42,246 nt of DNA from Myxococcota bacterium (lineage in GTDB: Bacteria > Myxococcota_A > UBA9160 > UBA4427): positions 1 to 42,246 of the forward strand of contig JAYZFK010000013.1 of the NCBI GenBank assembly GCA_036336835.1. The letters are read 5' to 3'. A program made the position numbers and the translations under genes. Under the pieces are notes generated by a model that saw only the letters and a program-made list of their open reading frames with translations, had not been told where the DNA came from and ran no database searches. Below are positions 37,264-42,246 of this stretch, in pieces (within the stretch, counting starts at the first letter, position 1; the number at the start of each line of letters is the position of its first letter).

Positions 37264-37413
37264 CGATGCCCCCCTCTTTTCAGTCCGCGTCTGCGGACGC
37301 CCCCATTTCCGTGTGCACCTAGCACACGGCCAAAAGCCAAAAGCCAAATCTGTCGTCGGAGGAAGCGGGTCGAGGAACGGGGATTCATGGATCCCTCACC
37401 CCACTGTCGTCGA

Positions 37414-37449
37414 ATGATCGCGCGCTTCCCGACGGTGTCAACGCTTTTT
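37414..37449 (-). promoter_or_regulatory. Sigma70-type promoter for the small basic protein
   Basis: Perfect TTGACA (37441-37436), 16 nt, GATCAT (37419-37414), with an upstream A-tract. Confidence 0.55.
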
Positions 37450-37501
37450 CGAAGACTTGCCCGTCGGGCTGCGAGATCGTTCCCGTCGCTGGAGGCGCTC
37501 G

Positions 37502-38470
37502 CTAGCGCTTCGCCCGGTGCTCGGCGACGGCGATCTCGACGCGTTCGAGCACGGTCGCCTCGAGACGGACCCCCTCGATCGCGTCGATCTCCTGGAGGCA
37601 GGTCGGACTGGTCACATTGATCTCGGTCAGCAGGCCGCCGATCACGTCGATCCCGACGAAGAACAGCCCTTCGCGCTTCAGCACGGGTCCGAGGCGCTCG
37701 ACGATGCGCCGATCGGCCTCATCGAGGACGCCACGGGCCCCGGAGCCTCCGACGTGGAGATTCGCTCGCACATCGCCGGCGGCGGGGACCCTCAGCAGGG
37801 CCCCGAGCGGCTCGCCATCGAGGAGCAGAATGCGCTTGTCGCCCTCCCAGACCGCCGGGAGAAAGCGCTGAGCCATGGCTCGCACCGTGCCGAAGCGAGT
37901 CGACTGCTCCAGGATCGAGTTGAGGTTGCGGTCCTGGCTGCCGGTGTGGAAAACCCCCTCGCCACCCCGGCCATCGAGTGGCTTGACGATCATCTCGCCG
38001 CCCATTTTCTCCATGAATTCGATGAGTTCCGAGGCTCGACGCGACACCAGCGTGGGCGGCATCAGGTCGGCGAAGTGAGTGGCGAAGAGCTTCTCGTTGT
38101 AGGCCAGGATGCTTGCGGGGCGATTCACCACCAATGTCTTGTGGCACAGCCCGAGAATCTGCGTGGCGATCGCGTAGGCGGCGTCGACCGGCGGATCGGT
38201 GCGTTGCCAGGCGAGGTCGACGCTGTCATCGAGCAGGAGCCGCTCCTCGGGCCCCAGAGCGACGTGATTGCCGCGCTCGCGCCGCAGCTCGACCGGCCTG
38301 ACGAGCGCGCTGGCAAGGCCATCGGTCACACCGAGATCTCTCGGATCGACGTAGAGAACCCGATGCCCGCGCCGCTGCGCCTCGAGCATCAACGCAAAAG
38401 TGGTGTCCTCATCGATGTTTATGGCCTCGATGGGGTCCATCACGAAGGCGATCTGGAGGGGCGGGGACAT
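37502..38470 (-). CDS. gshB: Glutathione synthetase
   Basis: IAFVMDPI, DTTFALMLEAQRRG, R.DPP, NEKL, KPLDG.GG, GDKRI, RANLHVGG, FVGIDVIG..LTEINVTSPT. Confidence 0.96.
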   Translation of the reverse strand: MSPPLQIAFVMDPIEAINIDEDTTFALMLEAQRRGHRVLYVDPRDLGVTDGLASALVRPVELRRERGNHVALGPEERLLLDDSVDLAWQRTDPPVDAAYAIATQILGLCHKTLVVNRPASILAYNEKLFATHFADLMPPTLVSRRASELIEFMEKMGGEMIVKPLDGRGGEGVFHTGSQDRNLNSILEQSTRFGTVRAMAQRFLPAVWEGDKRILLLDGEPLGALLRVPAAGDVRANLHVGGSGARGVLDEADRRIVERLGPVLKREGLFFVGIDVIGGLLTEINVTSPTCLQEIDAIEGVRLEATVLERVEIAVAEHRAKR

Positions 38471-38636
38471 GGCACATTTCTGCCGATTGGCGATCTAGAG
38501 ATGCGGAGCACCTGCCGATGAGTGACTGATGCCGGACGACCTCCGGTGGTGTCCCAATGGAGGACAGCAGGGCCGACCCTAGCCGTAGCGCACTGCGCGG
38601 CTACTCGGCTACGGTTCGGTAACTACTGGAGTTTTC

Positions 38637-41312
38637 ATGGTTTTCCGAGCGCGAAGGGGAGTCCGGATCCTGCTCGCTGCCTTGGCCGTGGGGGCGGCCT
38701 GTGTGGTTGGGGCCGCCGGAGCGTTCTATTTCCTGTTCGTGCGGGACCTGCCGACCCTCGAGACGATCGAGGACTACCGACCGGCGGTCGTGACCGAGGT
38801 GCTCGATCGCAACGGTCAGCTGATCGCCGAGTTCGCGGTCGAACGTCGCCGCCCCGTTGCGATCGAAGAGATCCCCGAGATCACCCGCCTCGCGTTCGTG
38901 GCCTCCGAAGATGGCGCCTTCTTCGAGCACAAGGGCCTCGACTACATGTCGATCCTGCGCGCCGCGATCGCCGTTGCGAAGGCCGGCGGCGAGCGCGTAC
39001 AGGGCGCCAGCACCATCACCCAGCAGATGGTCAAGACCCTGCTGCTCACTCCGGAGAAGACCTATACGCGCAAGATCCGCGAGGCCGTGCTGGCGCTGCG
39101 CGTCGAACGCAACCTGAACAAGGACGAGATCCTCTACCTCTACCTGAATCAGATCTACCTGGGAAACGGCGCCTACGGCATTGGCGAGGCGGCGCGCACC
39201 TACTTCAACAAGACGGTGCAGGAGCTCACCATCTCGGAGAGCGCGCTGCTCGCGGGACTGCCGCAGCGCCCGTCGCAGTACTCGCCCTTCCGCAATCCCG
39301 AACTCGCCGAGACGCGGCGTCGCTATGTACTCGGCCGCATGCTCGACGACGGCATGCTGAGCGAAGCACAGTACGAAGCCGAGCTCGACAATCCACCCGA
39401 GCTCGACGGACCGGATCTCGATCACTTCGCCAAGGCTGCCTACTTCACCGAGCTCGTCCGCCGCTACCTGTATGAGCGCGTCGGCGGCGATCGGGTTCTG
39501 CGCGGCGGCCTGCGCGTCGAGACCTCCCTGGATATCGAGCTGCAGACGGCGGCCGTCGATGCGCTGCGCAGCGGGCTCCAGGCTCACGATCGTCGCCAGG
39601 GCTACCGGGGGCCACTGCGCCGGGTCCAGCGAGACGAGATGGAGACCGAGATCGCCGCGCTCGGCGAGGCGAACGGTCTGCCGCTGCTGCCACCCGAACT
39701 CGACCCCGCTGCGGAAGACGAAGCGGCGCACCAGCTGGCGGCGCCAGCCGATCGCGCGTCGACGCCGCACGGCGACACCGAGAGCGCCGCGGCGTCGCCC
39801 AGCGCGGAGCTGGTCCTGGGACGAGGCGGCGACGAAGAGGATGAGCCCCTCGAGAGCGTGGCCTTCGACACGCCCTATGAAGGCGTGGTCGTTGCGCTCG
39901 ACATCCGGGAGGAGATCGCGCGCATCGCCCTCGCTCCCGACGTCGAGGGCCTGGTTCGAGTTGCAGACATCGCCTGGGCCCGCAAGCCGAACCCGGAGAC
40001 GCGCGGTCGCCCGGTCGACCGCATCGCCGAAGTGTTCGCGGTCGGCGACGTCGCGAGGTTCGTCCGCGTGCCCGATCACCAGGACGCGACGACCGATCCC
40101 GATGAGGAGACCCAGGATCCCGAAGAGCCGGTTGCGGCAACGCCGCCGCGATTGGTGCTGCACCAGGAACCCTTCGTGCAGGGCTCGCTGCTCTCGATCG
40201 AGAACCGTTCGGGCGACATCCTGGCCCTGGTCGGCGGCTACGACTACGAGTCGAGCGAGTTCGACCGCGTGACCCAGGCACAGCGCCAACCCGGATCGGC
40301 GTTCAAGCCGTTCATCTACGGGGCCGCCGTCTCGAAGGGCTACACACCCGTTACCGAGCTGATCGACCGGCCCAACGTGTACCAGGATCCGATCAGCGGC
40401 TGGAAGTACAAGCCGCGCAACTACGGTCGCAAGTTCTATGGTCCGATCTCGATGCGCAGGGCGCTCGCGAAGTCGGTGAACAACGCCACGGTCCACCTAT
40501 TCCGCGATGTCGGCGTTGACTACGTGATCGACTACGCCCGGCGCCTGGGGATCGAGTCCCCGTTGTCGCGTGATCTGTCGCTGGCGCTCGGGTCGAGCGA
40601 GGTGACACTGCTGGAGTTGACGCGCGCCTACGCGATCTTCCCGAACGGTGGCAAGCGCGTGATCCCGCGCTTCATCACGCGCGTGACCGACCCCAGCGGC
40701 GAGGTGCTGCTCGAGGACTTACCGCTCGGCGAGGTACCCCCGCCCGTGTTGAAGTCGCTCGCGGATTCAGCTGACGACGCCCTGGCGGCTGAACTCGAAC
40801 CCTACCCGGACGGCGAGATCCTGCCCACCGACCGAGTGATCAGCGAGGCCGAAGCCTTCCTGATGACGGACCTGCTGAAGGCCGTCGTGAGAGAGGGCAC
40901 CGGCCGCGGCGTGCTCCGGCTCGGCGGCTATCTCGCCGGCAAGACCGGCACCACCAACGAGCAGGCCGACGCCTGGTTCATGGGCTTCTCGTCCGATGTC
41001 ACGACCGGCGTCTGGGTCGGTCACGATCAGGTGCGCGCACTCGGCTTCGGCGAGACGGGGGCTGGCGCGGCCTTGCCGATCTGGCGCGACTACATGCGCG
41101 AGGCGCTGCAACGCTATCCGGTGCGCGACTTCCTCGAGCCCGAGGGGATCGTCTCGGTCCGGGTGGATCCCGAGACGGGGCTGCTCGCGAGCGCGACGAC
41201 GGCCAGAGCCTACTTCCAGCCCTTCCTCGAAGGCAGCGAGCCCACCGAACGCGCCACCGAGCGCAGTACCCAGCAGGACGCTGCCCGATTGCTGCGCTCC
41301 GACGCCTTCTAG
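38637..41312 (+). CDS. mrcA: Penicillin-binding protein 1A (bifunctional transglycosylase/transpeptidase)
   Basis: ED..FF.H.G.D, GASTITQQ, RKIRE, YLNQIYLG; transpeptidase SAFK, SVN, KTG. Confidence 0.93.
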   Translation: MVFRARRGVRILLAALAVGAACVVGAAGAFYFLFVRDLPTLETIEDYRPAVVTEVLDRNGQLIAEFAVERRRPVAIEEIPEITRLAFVASEDGAFFEHKGLDYMSILRAAIAVAKAGGERVQGASTITQQMVKTLLLTPEKTYTRKIREAVLALRVERNLNKDEILYLYLNQIYLGNGAYGIGEAARTYFNKTVQELTISESALLAGLPQRPSQYSPFRNPELAETRRRYVLGRMLDDGMLSEAQYEAELDNPPELDGPDLDHFAKAAYFTELVRRYLYERVGGDRVLRGGLRVETSLDIELQTAAVDALRSGLQAHDRRQGYRGPLRRVQRDEMETEIAALGEANGLPLLPPELDPAAEDEAAHQLAAPADRASTPHGDTESAAASPSAELVLGRGGDEEDEPLESVAFDTPYEGVVVALDIREEIARIALAPDVEGLVRVADIAWARKPNPETRGRPVDRIAEVFAVGDVARFVRVPDHQDATTDPDEETQDPEEPVAATPPRLVLHQEPFVQGSLLSIENRSGDILALVGGYDYESSEFDRVTQAQRQPGSAFKPFIYGAAVSKGYTPVTELIDRPNVYQDPISGWKYKPRNYGRKFYGPISMRRALAKSVNNATVHLFRDVGVDYVIDYARRLGIESPLSRDLSLALGSSEVTLLELTRAYAIFPNGGKRVIPRFITRVTDPSGEVLLEDLPLGEVPPPVLKSLADSADDALAAELEPYPDGEILPTDRVISEAEAFLMTDLLKAVVREGTGRGVLRLGGYLAGKTGTTNEQADAWFMGFSSDVTTGVWVGHDQVRALGFGETGAGAALPIWRDYMREALQRYPVRDFLEPEGIVSVRVDPETGLLASATTARAYFQPFLEGSEPTERATERSTQQDAARLLRSDAF

Positions 41313-41424
41313 CTCGCCGCCCCGTCGGATTCGGTGGGATTCGCTGGCAAACGCCAGTCCAGCTTGCTTGAGGCCCGAAAAGCTGCGGTGTTATCCTCCG
41401 GGTAGGCCTTGGAGGAAGACCTTG

Positions 41425-42246
41425 ATGCGCAAACGCTCGAACGTGCTGCTGCGGAGCCTGCTGCTCGTCGTGCCGCTGGTGTCGAACCCGGGCGCGGCCC
41501 TGGCCGACGCAGCCGATGACATTCCGGCGGCGGAGTACGCGGGCGGCACGGAAGACGGGGAACCGGAAGCCGCTTCGAAGAGCGAGCGGATGGATGCGCT
41601 CTCCGACGTAAGCTGGGGCGACGTACCGCCGCGCTCTTGGCCTGAAGGTTCGCCGCTCGACGTCGCCGCCAGCTCGCTTCAGGGACTGGTGCTCTGGATT
41701 GTCCTTCTTCCCGATGAGTTGCTGGGAATCGATCGATCGCCCGTCACCCTCAACCGGATGGGCGACCTCGTGGTCCTTCGTCCGCTCACAGTCGGGTTCG
41801 CGGCACTGGGCGCTGTGACGTACGGCATCGCCGCCGGACCGACTCTCATCGTGAATCCCGACGCCGAGAAGAAACTGCGCGAGCAGCTACTGTACGACCC
41901 CTACCGCTTCATTCGCGACCGCCCGCTCGGCGAGCCGATGCCAGACACCGAGGGGTCAGTAGCCGCACCGGTAGACGCCCACGTCATGCCGCTAACCGGT
42001 GGCCGGATTGGGACCGGCTCCTCCCGAAGCCCGCTCGCGAATCCCGACGACGAGCTACGCGCGCAACGGCTGTACCACCCCTGGCGCTTCATTGACGAGG
42101 TGCCGCCCAGTGAGACGATTCCAGCTGGAGTTCTCGGGGTGGCGCCAGCACCCGCAGACGCAGAGGAAGCGCCGGCACCCGCAGACGTAGAGGAAGCGCC
42201 GGCACCCGCAGACGTAGAGGAAGCGCCGGCACCCGCAGACGTAGAG
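41425..42246 (+). CDS. Secreted protein with D..vlRP...RPLG-type domain and acidic Pro/Ala repeat tail (runs off window)
   Basis: Manual translation open from ATG 41425 (GGAGG upstream, TGtTATCCT -10 at 41389-41397) to window end: MRKRSNVLLRSLLLVVPL...ALA, GDLVVLRPL...DPYRFIRDRPLG. Confidence 0.75.
   Translation, partial: MRKRSNVLLRSLLLVVPLVSNPGAALADAADDIPAAEYAGGTEDGEPEAASKSERMDALSDVSWGDVPPRSWPEGSPLDVAASSLQGLVLWIVLLPDELLGIDRSPVTLNRMGDLVVLRPLTVGFAALGAVTYGIAAGPTLIVNPDAEKKLREQLLYDPYRFIRDRPLGEPMPDTEGSVAAPVDAHVMPLTGGRIGTGSSRSPLANPDDELRAQRLYHPWRFIDEVPPSETIPAGVLGVAPAPADAEEAPAPADVEEAPAPADVEEAPAPADVE
42142..42246 (+). repeat. 27-bp coding tandem repeat, at least 3.9 copies (APAPADVEE)
   Basis: gcgccggcacccgcagacgtagaggaa head-to-tail from 42142; first copy has two substitutions. 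Confidence 0.95.

Noticed and set aside
37318..37348. Sigma54 (-24/-12) promoter in the TTTTGGC repeats near the NtrC gene
   Set aside because: No GG-N10-GC spacing from any of the three GG pairs.
39680..40140. Acidic insertions in PBP1A as an intein or novel domain
   Set aside because: No intein terminal motifs; low-complexity loops within the variable OB-like insertion region typical of PBP1A.
42142..42246. 27-bp repeats as a CRISPR array
   Set aside because: Copies are head-to-tail with no spacers, are a multiple of 3 and in frame in a CDS; no cas genes in the window.

Overview
High-GC bacterial chromosomal window with no transposase, integrase, phage gene, CRISPR array, rRNA or tRNA that I could recognise. 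The gene mix (split nuo locus, DUF3604, LLM/F420-type oxidoreductases, sulfatase-like fusion, sigma54 activator, gshB) resembles Myxococcota/former Deltaproteobacteria; this is inference only. Left end, minus strand: a tightly coupled complex I-like operon nuoA-E-F-G-H-J-K-L-M(partial) with no nuoB/C/D/I. It keeps every Fe-S cysteine motif but has substitutions in the NADH/FMN-site motifs of NuoF, the quinone-site loop of NuoH and several proton-pumping residues of NuoL. Next come gpsA, feoAB with a Fur-like box over the feoA start, a SHOCT lipoprotein, a 1041-aa flippase-like/sulfatase-like fusion, msrB, two GNATs, an exosortase-type CTERM protein, a thioesterase and an MDR oxidoreductase, two LLM oxidoreductases, MATE, DUF3604 and aat/LOG. 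The right part holds a ~165-nt rod-shaped 6S-like RNA abutting a plant-type cystathionine gamma-synthase, recD2, DUF411, ogt, an NtrC-type regulator, a small basic two-repeat protein, gshB, PBP1A and a truncated secreted protein ending in a 27-bp tandem repeat. Six genes look leaderless (TANNNT 6-8 nt before the start codon). Family assignments come from motif recognition, not database searches.
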